Positions 24,875-35,399 of a DNA stretch of 40,782 nucleotides are shown in pieces. The DNA comes from a virus. Taxonomy: Duplodnaviria; Caudoviricetes. The notes under the pieces were generated by a model that saw nothing but the letters and a program-made list of their open reading frames with translations, ran no database searches and was not told the DNA's origin. The first letter of the stretch is position 1. Each line of letters opens with the position of its first letter. The translations under genes and the position numbers were made by a program. The stretch is from positions 1 through 40,782 of the IMG/VR virus record IMGVR_UViG_3300030397_000385; one strand, written 5' to 3'.

Positions 24875-25864
24875 TTAAGCTTTACTCTTCACTCCGATTT
24901 CTGCGGCGTCAAGTTTGGTAACGTCCCAAGCTCCTCCGTCAGGTGCAGTAGTAAAGACATGAGTCTTAGGGCTAAGGAATTCATCAAGGGCAATATCGCC
25001 TGAAGTAACCTGGTTTACAGTGTCATCTTGCACAAACTCCATATTGGCTGAACCTGAAATGCCTACTGCAGCTCGAGCATAGACGCCAAGACCCACAATG
25101 TCATAACCTGTATTGTATGGTGCAGGTAAAGCTGATTTAGTCATTAACTGGACTTGGTTCGCAGCTCCACTAGTAATCTTGTTGGTATCTTCTAGCAAAC
25201 CGAAATCATTGACATCTGTATAAGTGCCAGTCATATCAGTAGTACCCCCATCACCTGTTAAGGTATTCTGCACCATTGTGATTGCACGAGTATCTTCATC
25301 AGCGATAAACATAGAAGAGAAGTAGGTTGCATCAGCTACAGCTGGACCGCCTGGGGTACCAAATAACACATTATCTGGGTCAAGAGTATTACCAGTGGTG
25401 TCGCGCAAATCTTCGACGTTTAAAGTGCCGTTGATATATAGTCGAATAGCACCTGAAACAGCTCGAACATACTGAATATCAACACGGTATAGAGTGTTGT
25501 CAGTCATAGGGATATTAGAAGCGATAGTTGTAAAGCCAGCACCATTCCACCAAGATAGGTCACATAGTTCATCACCTGCACCTGTAAGGCGAAGCGACTC
25601 TTGAGCACCATCTCGTACTTCAATAACCGCCTCTGTACCACTTGAGACCCAGCTCGCATCGTCTGCATACCAGTAAAAGCTTAGCCAATAGTCGCCTGTA
25701 ATTTCATCAAAATTCATTTGATAGGTGTTTCTAAGGCCTTCATTTACACCTAAGCCCTCACGAGCGTCAGGAGCAATACGTGAAGCTGTAGTGGTACCTA
25801 AATCGCTAGGCGGCGTGCCATTGGCGGTTGTTGAGCCGCCTGTTGCAAAAGCTAAAATAGCCAT
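24875..25864 (-). CDS. virion/tail-associated beta-sandwich protein
   Basis: Lectin-like beta pattern; C-terminal PDGGAW...LDAAEIG; located in the tail cluster. Confidence 0.7.
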   Translation of the reverse strand: MAILAFATGGSTTANGTPPSDLGTTTASRIAPDAREGLGVNEGLRNTYQMNFDEITGDYWLSFYWYADDASWVSSGTEAVIEVRDGAQESLRLTGAGDELCDLSWWNGAGFTTIASNIPMTDNTLYRVDIQYVRAVSGAIRLYINGTLNVEDLRDTTGNTLDPDNVLFGTPGGPAVADATYFSSMFIADEDTRAITMVQNTLTGDGGTTDMTGTYTDVNDFGLLEDTNKITSGAANQVQLMTKSALPAPYNTGYDIVGLGVYARAAVGISGSANMEFVQDDTVNQVTSGDIALDEFLSPKTHVFTTAPDGGAWDVTKLDAAEIGVKSKA

Positions 25865-25873
25865 GTTAATCTC

Positions 25874-26776
25874 CTATGAAGGTTTAACAAACGTAACACA
25901 ACCGATGGTCGTATACGAATGAGGGCCAGGCGTCACAAAAGACACAGAGCCGATAGTTGAGTAAGAGTGTGGACCTGGACGCATAAAGGCAATTGAGCCG
26001 ACCGTTACAAAATCTAACGGCGGAGCTCCTGGGCCAGTGTCTTCAGGTAAAACTTCTGTAAATTCTAGCACACCGTGGACGTCAGACAAACCTGCATCTA
26101 CTACTGTAGGAGCTTGAATCGTGATTACGTCTCCGGTTGCGAATGAAGTCTCGGTAGCAAAAGTAAACGTTGCATCAGCTACATTCTGCGCGAAGTCGAT
26201 ACTGCCGATTGAGGCTCCGTTTTTGAGTATAGTTAAGCTCGCTGCCGCGTCAGTCGGCGCATTCTCAGCTTTAAAGATAGAACCAGGCAGTCCTACGCTA
26301 AGAGTATAGTCCTTGGTGCATACGTAGCTTGCGATGATTTCATCAGAGGTATATTGACCAGAGGCAAAGATATTCAAGGCTAGATAGCGGCTTGCTTGTG
26401 AGTTCAGAGGACCTGCGGTGAATAAAGCATCGGTCCCAATCTCAGTATAATAGAAGTCGCCACTCTCAGGACCAATAAAGAATTCAGTCGTACCTTTCAC
26501 AACACGCATAGAAGCAGTAGGGCTAAGGTTAATGACCGCAAACATCTTAGTAACGCCATCAGGGATAGTAACAGATTGGAGTATCGTGTTGCCTGCTGCA
26601 AACTCAAATGCAAAGTTCTGCTGGTATTCTTCAGTAGTTAGGACTTTACCGGTATCAACTGGAATAACGAGCGCTTCTGACAGCGCTCCATCCATGATTT
26701 CTTTGTTGGCATTAATGATACTAGACTTAGCATCATCTGTGCCATTAAGAGTTGTCCATCCTAAGTTATTAGACAT
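25874..26776 (-). CDS. tail fibre adaptor-like protein (paralogue of 28381-29091) with C-terminal repeats
   Basis: MSNNL.W..K..IN..D.ALS N-terminus; KNG.S.G..F..GDVI.I..DA.L.DV domain. Confidence 0.75.
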   Translation of the reverse strand: MSNNLGWTTLNGTDDAKSSIINANKEIMDGALSEALVIPVDTGKVLTTEEYQQNFAFEFAAGNTILQSVTIPDGVTKMFAVINLSPTASMRVVKGTTEFFIGPESGDFYYTEIGTDALFTAGPLNSQASRYLALNIFASGQYTSDEIIASYVCTKDYTLSVGLPGSIFKAENAPTDAAASLTILKNGASIGSIDFAQNVADATFTFATETSFATGDVITIQAPTVVDAGLSDVHGVLEFTEVLPEDTGPGAPPLDFVTVGSIAFMRPGPHSYSTIGSVSFVTPGPHSYTTIGCVTFVKPS

Positions 26777-26785
26777 AGTTTACTC

Positions 26786-28384
26786 CTATGGTACTTGGAC
26801 GATTTTAGCTTTGCGTAGAAAGCCTTTATACTGACGAGTGCCGTTAAAGGCACTGTGCCCGATATTCAAAGGTGCGCCATTTGACGATGGAGTATTTGAT
26901 TCAGTTGCGCTAACCTGCTCAACGTCATCTACGTACATTGTCCAGGTGCCACTGACTCGCTCCATGCGGAAGTTGTGCCATACGCCACTAGTTACTGCTG
27001 GACCGACCAAGTTGACGTCTGCACTGCCTGAGATAAAGGTGATAAACTCATAGTTGCCACCGTTAATAGTCATGCGGAATTCTTCTGCTGAACCACCATC
27101 ACGCTTATTTAGAATAGATTGTGTGCTATCACCATCGCCGTCCCAGTTAAGCTCAACTTCAAGCACCATATCATTAGAGTTTGCCACGCTTACGGCTGCC
27201 GAATGTGGAATCTGGTAGTAGTCTCCATCACCGTCAAAGTAAACAGAACCATCGGCTTGAATATTCGTGTTGCCTACAACTGTTACAGTGTTATTGTTCA
27301 GAGAGGCGTCAGTGATATTCTGGCTTCCAGGTAGTTCGCCTTCTGTATCTTGTAAGAATGATACGTTAACAAGATATGGAGGCACATCGCCTGGGTTCTC
27401 AGTAAGGCTTGCCACTGTGTACTCAGAGGTGTTGTCATAGTTGCGGTGTTCAAACTGTACCCAAGACTCAGAGAAGGTAATATCAGTAGAGATACGTGCC
27501 TCTGTAAGTTCACCCATCCAGTCTAAAGTATCGTTAGCTGCAATACCAATCACGAAGTTGTCATGAGAGCTAGTGGCAGAAGGAGCGCCATCTGTGCCTT
27601 TAAAGCCACCATTAAACCAAACATTATGTTCAGTAGCATTATCAACTCGCATTGCCATTGAGAAGAAGTTACCGACGCCTGGGTCTTGAACAGGAGAAGT
27701 GTCTAACCAGCTATTCACGCTGTCAAAGCGGGCTGCTTGGATGCCATCATCAATAGTGATAGTTGTTGCGTCAGTAGTAGTGGAGTAGATTGCAAGCATT
27801 GACTTTTGGTCTGCGTCACTTTGTCTACCATGGATTGAGCCATAAAAGTCCGGTTTGGCAGTCATTGCAGCACTGATGCCTGCATTTCCGCTACCGAATA
27901 GTGCCCCTAGGTTTGTATAGGTAATAGTACCTGCAAACTGTAAGGTTACTGACTCAGTACCATAGTTTGCTACTTGACCTTGAGCTAATACCTTCAATGG
28001 GACTACGATGTCATACATAGTGAAGACTGCTGAAGTCGCTGTTGGAGTATCTGCCCAGAATAAGTTAACGACCGTATCAGAGACAGCCGAAAGAGTAGGA
28101 ACTTTAACATGGACACGTAGTCGTTGGTTAGCAGAGTCAAACCAAGCGACTTCTGTGTCGAGAGCAGTTCCGTCTTCGTCATAGGCTTGGAATGTGTTAA
28201 TTGCTCCATCATCCCAGATATTAGTCGGCATATCCCTCTCTGTGATGACCAAAGGAAAATCATTTAAGGTGCCTGACACTTGAGCATTAGGCACCACTAC
28301 TTGTACGCCTACTGCAGTCGGCGGAACAGGGTCAAAACCCATAATATTCAGCGGATGCATAGGAGAAATCATTCTAACGGTCAT
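26786..28384 (-). CDS. DUF2341-like plus two LamG/concanavalin-like domains; receptor-binding candidate
   Basis: L.DFPL.I..D.DGT.L..EV..VKVP.LS; GELTEARIS..S.SWV..E..N; S.YFDGDGDY..WH....R.SG...YVD..LNIG..GFL. Confidence 0.75.
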   Translation of the reverse strand: MTVRMISPMHPLNIMGFDPVPPTAVGVQVVVPNAQVSGTLNDFPLVITERDMPTNIWDDGAINTFQAYDEDGTALDTEVAWFDSANQRLRVHVKVPTLSAVSDTVVNLFWADTPTATSAVFTMYDIVVPLKVLAQGQVANYGTESVTLQFAGTITYTNLGALFGSGNAGISAAMTAKPDFYGSIHGRQSDADQKSMLAIYSTTTDATTITIDDGIQAARFDSVNSWLDTSPVQDPGVGNFFSMAMRVDNATEHNVWFNGGFKGTDGAPSATSSHDNFVIGIAANDTLDWMGELTEARISTDITFSESWVQFEHRNYDNTSEYTVASLTENPGDVPPYLVNVSFLQDTEGELPGSQNITDASLNNNTVTVVGNTNIQADGSVYFDGDGDYYQIPHSAAVSVANSNDMVLEVELNWDGDGDSTQSILNKRDGGSAEEFRMTINGGNYEFITFISGSADVNLVGPAVTSGVWHNFRMERVSGTWTMYVDDVEQVSATESNTPSSNGAPLNIGHSAFNGTRQYKGFLRKAKIVQVP

Positions 28385-29091
28385 GCGAAGTCTCCTACTA
28401 GAGTAAATGCAACATCAGCTAGAGAAGCGTCAGGAGTACCAGAGCCAAAGATTTGAATCACGTCTCCTGATGTCACTGCGAAGGCTGCAGTTTGGAAGGA
28501 ACCTTCAGGGTTTGCAGCTACAAACTCAACAGTGCCAACCGATACCCCATTCTTTTGCACATCAAAAGAATAAGCACTCGGGCCTGTTGCCGCTGTCTGT
28601 GCTACTGCTTGTGCACCAGGCATATTAAGGCGGAAGTTTGCATCTCTATTTGCAACTACTGCCATTAATAGCTCATTGGCCCCTGGAAGACCTGGTGCAA
28701 AAGCGCTTACTTCATACTGCTGAACTTCAACAGTGAAGTTTGTAACAACTGTGACAGTATCAACATCGCCTGAACTATAGAATGATAGTGCAACGCCTGC
28801 AGGTACTTCTAAGGTCGTAGCCCCTTTAGTTACCTCTAGAGTATCTGTACCATCGCGGTTGTCAAGGATAAAGAACTTCTTGATATTGGGGATTGTTACG
28901 TCAGATACATCGCTAAATTTAAACGTCATATGCTGGGTAAACTGCTCAGCCGTTAAGATAAAAGACCCGCCTCCTGACAGGTCTAGTTTATCACTAAGAG
29001 CGGCATCTAAAATACTCTGCTGCTCGTTGATAGTAACCTCTTTCTGGTTTTGAGCAGCGGCGACTTCACGCCATTGTAAGTTATTAGACAT
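28381..29091 (-). CDS. tail fibre adaptor-like protein
   Basis: QNQKEVTINE...LDAAL N-terminus; GAGG RBS precedes ATG 29091. Confidence 0.75.
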   Translation of the reverse strand: MSNNLQWREVAAAQNQKEVTINEQQSILDAALSDKLDLSGGGSFILTAEQFTQHMTFKFSDVSDVTIPNIKKFFILDNRDGTDTLEVTKGATTLEVPAGVALSFYSSGDVDTVTVVTNFTVEVQQYEVSAFAPGLPGANELLMAVVANRDANFRLNMPGAQAVAQTAATGPSAYSFDVQKNGVSVGTVEFVAANPEGSFQTAAFAVTSGDVIQIFGSGTPDASLADVAFTLVGDFA

Positions 29092-32000
29092 TTTCAACCT
29101 CTAATGTTTTGATAACCGAGAAGCCTCGGCCAACTTGCGCACTCATCTGGTATACTGCAATCTTCAGAGTTGCTGGAATTGCTCCAAAGTCTGCGATAAT
29201 ATCAGCGTTTAGATAGTCAACAGTTGTAGTTGTTGAGTTTAAGGTTCTAATCACTGCATCGCCAAATGCATTATAGATGTCGATTTCATACGCTTCAGAA
29301 TCTTCGTTTAATGGTACTTCACCTTCGCCGTTTTGTAAGCCACCGTTTATACGAGTCCGACGTTCCCACGTAATAGTAATATCAGTGTTATCAGTCGTCA
29401 CTTCTTCATTCACAGGAGCATAAGGCTTCAAACTATTACCTTCACTTGTGAAAGGAATTACTCGAGCATCCAAGACGGTTTGACCAACTGGGATTGTTCT
29501 GAAGTACACCTGGGTGTTAACCTCTTCAAGCGGTTGAGGGAAAGTCTGCGTAGTTGCTAGGTCAAGAGATACCCAAACTGAACCCACTTCATTGTTGCCA
29601 GTGGTATAGTCTGTGCCACGTCGGCCACGAAGGATGTAAGTACAGGTGTAAGTGTTATCTCCATTATCGACTACATCTCGAACTTGCACTACCTCAATAG
29701 AGCCATCTGATTTATACAGAGCAATCGCGTTGGCGAAGTCAGTTAATAGGCTATCATCGTCTGTAGAAGACAATGTACCTGCTACCGTTGACAATACAAG
29801 AGTCGATGTAGTGTCAGGAGTAAAAGGCATGTCTGTATCGTCTAGAGGGCTGACAACTGTACCCCAAGACGCGCTTGAAGTAAACTGACCGATAGAAGCA
29901 TAAACAGTACCTGCTAATGATTTCTGTACCAATGCACCTTGGTATTGACCTACTCCAAAAGAGCCACCTGCATGATAAACCTGGTCTGAAGTCGAGCCTG
30001 GTGAATCAATGTCTCGTAGCAGTGGAGTATCGATGATAAACTGACGAGTATCGTTAGCAGAAGGTAAACTAGGCGGACGGAAGCCTAAATTACCGTCTGA
30101 GGTCGAATCTGACGTATATGTAGAGTTATCGGCATTGATACCTTCAATCTCCATAGTCAAGTTCGTACCGAGGTCACTTGAGCTCAAACGATGTTCAAAC
30201 ACCGCGCTAGCAGCATTAAGCGTTACGTAGTCAGTCGGTTCAAGGTATAGATACTTCTGAGCAATCTTATAATTGACACCCCAGCGTTCCTCCCAAGTCG
30301 TTTCAAGGACCGCTTCAGCTAACTGTTTAGCTTCGTCTTTATCCATCACGATATTCAAGTTAGACGCTGCTACATTCTGTGAAGGCGTAACTTGCTCGCC
30401 AGAGTTGTAGACTTTAGCTGTAACAGTTGTAGGTTGGTAATCAAAGTCCACATCCACAAAGGTTAAGCTGTAGCCTGCAGGCATAGAAGACTCACTGACT
30501 CGACTCTCTTCAAGGATGCTATCGCGTTCAACCAACTCGCTTTCAGTAATAGCTACTGGAGTTGGAGCGTCAGACAAGTTCTTCACCTTCAGACCGAAGT
30601 CGGATTCGATAACGTTGAACTTGTAGGCTACGCTTAGACGTTCAATAGACTGTCGAGCTGCTTCAGCATTGCCAATGAAGTAGCCTTGCGTAACGGCTGG
30701 AGTTGTTTCTAAGTATGGATTAGAATCAAAACCTACTCGAGTCGCTAGGTCATCTAGAATGTCTTGAACTGCTACGCCTTGACGAAGACCGTTCTTAAAG
30801 TTGATAATGCCTGGATTGAATCGACCTGATACCACGTCAACAATAGCGTCTAAATCTGAGTCATAGATTAGGTAGTTAATTGTGTCAGGTACATTAGCCG
30901 GCCAAGTCTGAGACGGTTGACCTGTAGACATGTCATACTCAGTGATAAGGTTTTCTTCAACTTTATAGGTAAAGCCTGCAGTATTTGAGTTCAATAGGTA
31001 ATGCTGCATTGTACCATCAGTTAAAGCGCCAGAATCAAATTCCTCATTTAAGTGGAAGTTGTCTGAGCCCCAAATCCAAGCTTCCTGTGATAAACTGTAC
31101 GCAAAGTAGAAGAACTCAGTATTAGTGTCATCCGCTAAGTCTTCAACGGCTAGTTGAATTACAAACACATCATAGTTGGACTTATCAAAAGCTGATAGTC
31201 GTTGGTAGTGTACACCACACTCAACACCTGGCCATGGTAGTTCAGGGAATTGAGCACGGAGCTCACCTAGGTTATAGTAGAAGTCACGAGTCTTAGTTAA
31301 GAATGGACCTAATGGGTTAGCAGTTAAAGTACCTACAGCTTGTGCTTCGATACCAATAATGCGCCAGTTAGTACTCTCATCTCCACCGACGCCTGCAAGA
31401 CCTGTGCCTTCCCAACCTGAAATGAAGTAGGTCTCAAAAGACTGAATATCATTAGTCAGAGGGCGAGTGATTGTTGATAGGTAGCCACCTCCACTTAGAC
31501 CGCCGCCTGGTTCAGTTGGATGACCAAAGTCAGTTTCAAATCCGCCATCTGGTGGGTAGTGAACGAGTCTTACGCCATACTCACCTGAGAATGGGTTATT
31601 TGGGTTATTAATCTGTGCAATGGTGAACGCGGTATGGTTGCCAGGCATAGTAGTTGAGACCCCTGTATATACTAGGTACTCAATATCTAAACCAGGTAGA
31701 CCGGACGGCACAAGAACTGAGGTCATAGCTTGCTCAGCAGACTCAGTAATAAGGAAAACATCAACTATTTCCATATTCGTAGGGTTAATAGCTGCGATAC
31801 CATCTGAGCCTGTGATAGAGTCAAAGATAACGTAAATAACCCCAGTATCTTTAGCAACAATAGGGTGCAAGGTGTGATAGTTAACACCTGGTTGGTTGTA
31901 CCAAGCTCGCAGCTGGTCATCTAAAGTAGTAGTGCCAATAAAAGGCTCAGCTGTTTCTGAGTTCCAACGAATTGGGAGTAAATCAGGGTGCAAGGAATAG

Positions 32001-32752
32001 GTAATACCTTGACGGAAGTCGACTGCAAAGTAGTCATAGCCGCTATCTGCGCCTCCTGGCCAGCCAGTAGTATTTAGTGGAATCTCTGTAACAATAGAGG
32101 CATCGCCTGCAAACTTAATCTCTGCTGTAATATTAGGTAAGCGGTTACCAAAGTTTTGCAGAGGTAGGTTATCAAAGACGATATAGCAGACGCCACGGTT
32201 GGCATTGGCTAAGTCACCTTGGTCTTCAGCAATTAATGGGTCAATGCCTTGAGTCTCAGTGCCAGGGTAGAACGTGAAATCAGTAAAACCACGGTCAAAG
32301 GTACTGCCACCGCTATCTGCATTTGAGCGTCCGTCAAATAAGATTTTATTATCGGCCCAGATACGAAGCACTTCCACTGCCTCACCTTCACCGAAAGCAA
32401 CCGCAAAGGTGCCAAAATACTTATATTCAATGGATGTCACTGTGCCGCCGCCGCCGCCTTTACCGCCAACGTCTTGAGTATTAGTGATTTTTTGCTCAAT
32501 GATGTCTTTAGCCCAAATAACTGTGCCACCGATGCCGCCTACAGTGCCATAGGACTTAGGCATGATGGCCCCATAATCGGCATTGGTGATTTTAAGGTCG
32601 TTTAGACGAGCTCCCTCATTGACCACGTTACCTAAATCAGGCGGGAAGAATACGCCAGCAATAAGTGAACCCGCAGCCCAACCTACTGCTGGACCTGCAC
32701 CAAGAGCAGTCGAGACTACTGCACCTGCTACTGGGAGAACGATTCGTGCCAT
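29084..32752 (-). CDS. central tail tip / host specificity protein (GTA-like, phage-tail_3)
   Basis: EG.RL.DL...YG..P..YGT, A.RG.CY.VF..L.L..FGNR.PN, LRGRRGT, W.RRTR and PL.E.SEAYEIDI..VGRG motifs. Confidence 0.9.
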   Translation of the reverse strand: MARIVLPVAGAVVSTALGAGPAVGWAAGSLIAGVFFPPDLGNVVNEGARLNDLKITNADYGAIMPKSYGTVGGIGGTVIWAKDIIEQKITNTQDVGGKGGGGGTVTSIEYKYFGTFAVAFGEGEAVEVLRIWADNKILFDGRSNADSGGSTFDRGFTDFTFYPGTETQGIDPLIAEDQGDLANANRGVCYIVFDNLPLQNFGNRLPNITAEIKFAGDASIVTEIPLNTTGWPGGADSGYDYFAVDFRQGITYSLHPDLLPIRWNSETAEPFIGTTTLDDQLRAWYNQPGVNYHTLHPIVAKDTGVIYVIFDSITGSDGIAAINPTNMEIVDVFLITESAEQAMTSVLVPSGLPGLDIEYLVYTGVSTTMPGNHTAFTIAQINNPNNPFSGEYGVRLVHYPPDGGFETDFGHPTEPGGGLSGGGYLSTITRPLTNDIQSFETYFISGWEGTGLAGVGGDESTNWRIIGIEAQAVGTLTANPLGPFLTKTRDFYYNLGELRAQFPELPWPGVECGVHYQRLSAFDKSNYDVFVIQLAVEDLADDTNTEFFYFAYSLSQEAWIWGSDNFHLNEEFDSGALTDGTMQHYLLNSNTAGFTYKVEENLITEYDMSTGQPSQTWPANVPDTINYLIYDSDLDAIVDVVSGRFNPGIINFKNGLRQGVAVQDILDDLATRVGFDSNPYLETTPAVTQGYFIGNAEAARQSIERLSVAYKFNVIESDFGLKVKNLSDAPTPVAITESELVERDSILEESRVSESSMPAGYSLTFVDVDFDYQPTTVTAKVYNSGEQVTPSQNVAASNLNIVMDKDEAKQLAEAVLETTWEERWGVNYKIAQKYLYLEPTDYVTLNAASAVFEHRLSSSDLGTNLTMEIEGINADNSTYTSDSTSDGNLGFRPPSLPSANDTRQFIIDTPLLRDIDSPGSTSDQVYHAGGSFGVGQYQGALVQKSLAGTVYASIGQFTSSASWGTVVSPLDDTDMPFTPDTTSTLVLSTVAGTLSSTDDDSLLTDFANAIALYKSDGSIEVVQVRDVVDNGDNTYTCTYILRGRRGTDYTTGNNEVGSVWVSLDLATTQTFPQPLEEVNTQVYFRTIPVGQTVLDARVIPFTSEGNSLKPYAPVNEEVTTDNTDITITWERRTRINGGLQNGEGEVPLNEDSEAYEIDIYNAFGDAVIRTLNSTTTTVDYLNADIIADFGAIPATLKIAVYQMSAQVGRGFSVIKTLEVENV

Positions 32753-32755
32753 GGA

Positions 32756-33181
32756 TTATACCCCTTTATATTTGTAGGTGTATTTAAGACATTTGCGCCA
32801 TTTACGAGTGAAAGGTTCAATCACTACTTTACCTCGCTCGTAATAGCTGTGGATAATATATAATGTATCATTCTCATAAAAGAGTATGCCACAGTGATAG
32901 CCGTACAAGCCTTCGCCAAAGATGGCAATATCACCATCCTGCACTTGATTGAACGGAATCATCTCGGCATACATGTCAAACATCTGTTTAAAGCGAAAGC
33001 CGTCGGGTTCGCGTTGGTAGTTGGTATAGTCTACAAAATTTGAAGGTAGGAGATTAAGTTTCTTACCTACATTTACAAGAAGGCCCGCACAGTCCATGCG
33101 GGTCTCGCTGCGAGCTTGGTGAACCCACTTACAGTCTAAATAAGACTTAGCGGCTTCTACAATTTGCGCTCTAATGTTCAT
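32756..33181 (-). CDS. NlpC/P60 family tail assembly peptidase
   Basis: W.HQ.R...DCAGL, GDI..F, HCGI and IIHS motifs. Confidence 0.9.
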   Translation of the reverse strand: MNIRAQIVEAAKSYLDCKWVHQARSETRMDCAGLLVNVGKKLNLLPSNFVDYTNYQREPDGFRFKQMFDMYAEMIPFNQVQDGDIAIFGEGLYGYHCGILFYENDTLYIIHSYYERGKVVIEPFTRKWRKCLKYTYKYKGV

Positions 33182-33184
33182 ATC

Positions 33185-34780
33185 TTACCCCTTAGCATCT
33201 GGATAGCGTAAGAACTGGTTAGAACCAGGGATAAACGGTTCGCCTCTGAAGTTAATAACATTGTCAAACTTATCCCGACAATATGTTTCAATAGTCTTAC
33301 CGCAACCTGCTTGGATTTTCAGCACATCGCCCATTTGAATGGGGTAAGGTGCTGCGATAAGAAGCTCAACTTGCTTTGATAGTTGAGTATACTTTTTGAC
33401 CTGGTAGGCTTTAAAGCTATTCTGACCATCAAGGAATACTACGCGTCCATATTTGAACCAGTTGTCAATCGCAATGGTGTCATTCCCAGGAGCTGTGATA
33501 GTAAAGGTTCTGTTGTTTACAACGGTATCCACTGTAACATACTGAGTAAAACTATATTCGCAGGTGAAAGTTGCGGTTCCGTCAACAGTATCATTACCAA
33601 TAATAGTATCGTAAACGGGCTGACTGTTGTCAGTAGTGCCAGCAACAGTACATACATATTGTAGACCTCCAAAACGTTGACCGTCTGGGCCACTAGGTGC
33701 AGTAGCAAGAATGTCAAAGCGCTCAATATCGAAACAAACGTTGATGATTGAACCACCAGCTTCTTTCGTAGCTTTAAGAGTTAAGCGAACCGTTCTAGTT
33801 AAAGCTGGGATAATTTCAATAACAGTAGTGGTGCTCGCCCAACCGATAGCGCCTAAAGAGATTTGCCCAGTAGTAACTTGCGAGATTTCAACATCGTCAG
33901 CGTCATAAAAGGTAAAGATAAACTCACCAGCGTCATCATCAGCGAAGTTGTTACCTACCGCACCAGAGAAGTCAACTACAGCTACGCCACCGTCAATTGC
34001 TGCTGCATAGGCTGTCACATCAGCTTCAACATAGCTTTCAGTAGTAGAAGCTGCGGCATTACTAGCATCAAATAGGTAGGTACCCCATTGAGGAACTAGT
34101 GCTGCATTGGTATCAGTGACTACAGTGGAGAACTCAGCAGAGAATACCCAGTCAGGGTCTGCAGGAGCAGGGTCAATAGTAGCAAGAGTAGCAATAGTTG
34201 TTGTAGCACTTGCATCTACTGATACAACATCGCCTACCTCATAAGCCGTAGAACGTAGAACTTCAGAAGCTTCTAAGAGCACGCCACATTTTGTGCTACC
34301 TAAGTCAACTCGGCACTCAGACTGATATACATTGATAGTATTTTGAGCAAAGCGGTCTAATAGACCACGGAACTCTGCGGTGTAACTACCGATGATTGGA
34401 TTAGCCTGAACTTCACCGATTGTGCCTTTACGGAGCTTAATATCTCCAAAACCGTCAGGGTCTTCATGGTTAACCATAAAGCATTCCGCTTCAGCGTAGT
34501 CATATCGACCGCCGCGGATGTCTTCATCTGTAATCACATTGCTGTCAATGATACCAGCTAGCTCCATGTTATCAACAGACATATCTGATTTATCTTGAAC
34601 CGCCGAACGCGACACACCGATGGATGCCAGGTATTCCTCGCCTCCAAAAGTAATATCCGCATCATGGTCAGTGATACGGATAATGGTGCCATCTCGTCTT
34701 GTAATCTTCCAGCATGTTGCTAGGGATGTAACCTCAGACGCAAGGTGAGCTTGCATCTGAGCTGAGATAGTCTTAGCCAT
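33185..34780 (-). CDS. DUF2163/BR0599-type baseplate hub protein with a large insertion
   Basis: CWKITRRDG...TDHD, CRVDLG..KCGV and AGC.K....C..KFDN..NFRGEP.IPG motifs. Confidence 0.9.
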   Translation of the reverse strand: MAKTISAQMQAHLASEVTSLATCWKITRRDGTIIRITDHDADITFGGEEYLASIGVSRSAVQDKSDMSVDNMELAGIIDSNVITDEDIRGGRYDYAEAECFMVNHEDPDGFGDIKLRKGTIGEVQANPIIGSYTAEFRGLLDRFAQNTINVYQSECRVDLGSTKCGVLLEASEVLRSTAYEVGDVVSVDASATTTIATLATIDPAPADPDWVFSAEFSTVVTDTNAALVPQWGTYLFDASNAAASTTESYVEADVTAYAAAIDGGVAVVDFSGAVGNNFADDDAGEFIFTFYDADDVEISQVTTGQISLGAIGWASTTTVIEIIPALTRTVRLTLKATKEAGGSIINVCFDIERFDILATAPSGPDGQRFGGLQYVCTVAGTTDNSQPVYDTIIGNDTVDGTATFTCEYSFTQYVTVDTVVNNRTFTITAPGNDTIAIDNWFKYGRVVFLDGQNSFKAYQVKKYTQLSKQVELLIAAPYPIQMGDVLKIQAGCGKTIETYCRDKFDNVINFRGEPFIPGSNQFLRYPDAKG

Positions 34781-35399
34781 CTTGTCTTACCTCTACAATT
34801 GGGATTGAACCGATAAAACCTGCTTCACTCGTAACTGCTGTGATGTCAAGTTCATCCGTATCAAAACGGACTGGGACGTCAAACTCACAGGTTACGCGAA
34901 GAATATCGTTTAATGGTAGCGGATTATCCAGGGTGATAATGCCAGTATTGTAATCGATTGTATAAGCTGCTGTTGGAACGTCGTTAATAGTGACAGTCTC
35001 AGAGCCGTCAACAATCTTGCTTAGAATACGGGTATAGGTTACACCCACTTCATTATAGATTTTCACAATCTGAAAGGTGTCTAGCACATCATCGCCTACG
35101 CCAATCAATTGATTGTCAAGATTGAAGTCAGTCCAGTCTTTAAAGCGAAAGCCTACTGCTTTACCGCGTCGAGCATAGAAGAACGCAATCACTACATTAA
35201 GATAGGACTGCGACTTACCAGGATTCAAGTGGGATAGGCCGTAGCCAATATCCCACTTTGCTCTAGACTGTGACCACTGGATGTTTCGTTGCTCGTGGCC
35301 TGATTGTAAAGGCGTAACAATCGTCTTAAAACCAGGTCCACCGATAGCATTGCGCTCTACCTCATCTGGTAGGCGTTCTTCAACAAATGGGTTAGCCAT
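34773..35399 (-). CDS. DUF2460 family distal tail protein
   Basis: GGP.F.T...SG.EQRN..W, FF.ARRG....FRFKDW.D and EFDVPVRFDTD motifs. Confidence 0.92.
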   Translation of the reverse strand: MANPFVEERLPDEVERNAIGGPGFKTIVTPLQSGHEQRNIQWSQSRAKWDIGYGLSHLNPGKSQSYLNVVIAFFYARRGKAVGFRFKDWTDFNLDNQLIGVGDDVLDTFQIVKIYNEVGVTYTRILSKIVDGSETVTINDVPTAAYTIDYNTGIITLDNPLPLNDILRVTCEFDVPVRFDTDELDITAVTSEAGFIGSIPIVEVRQDG

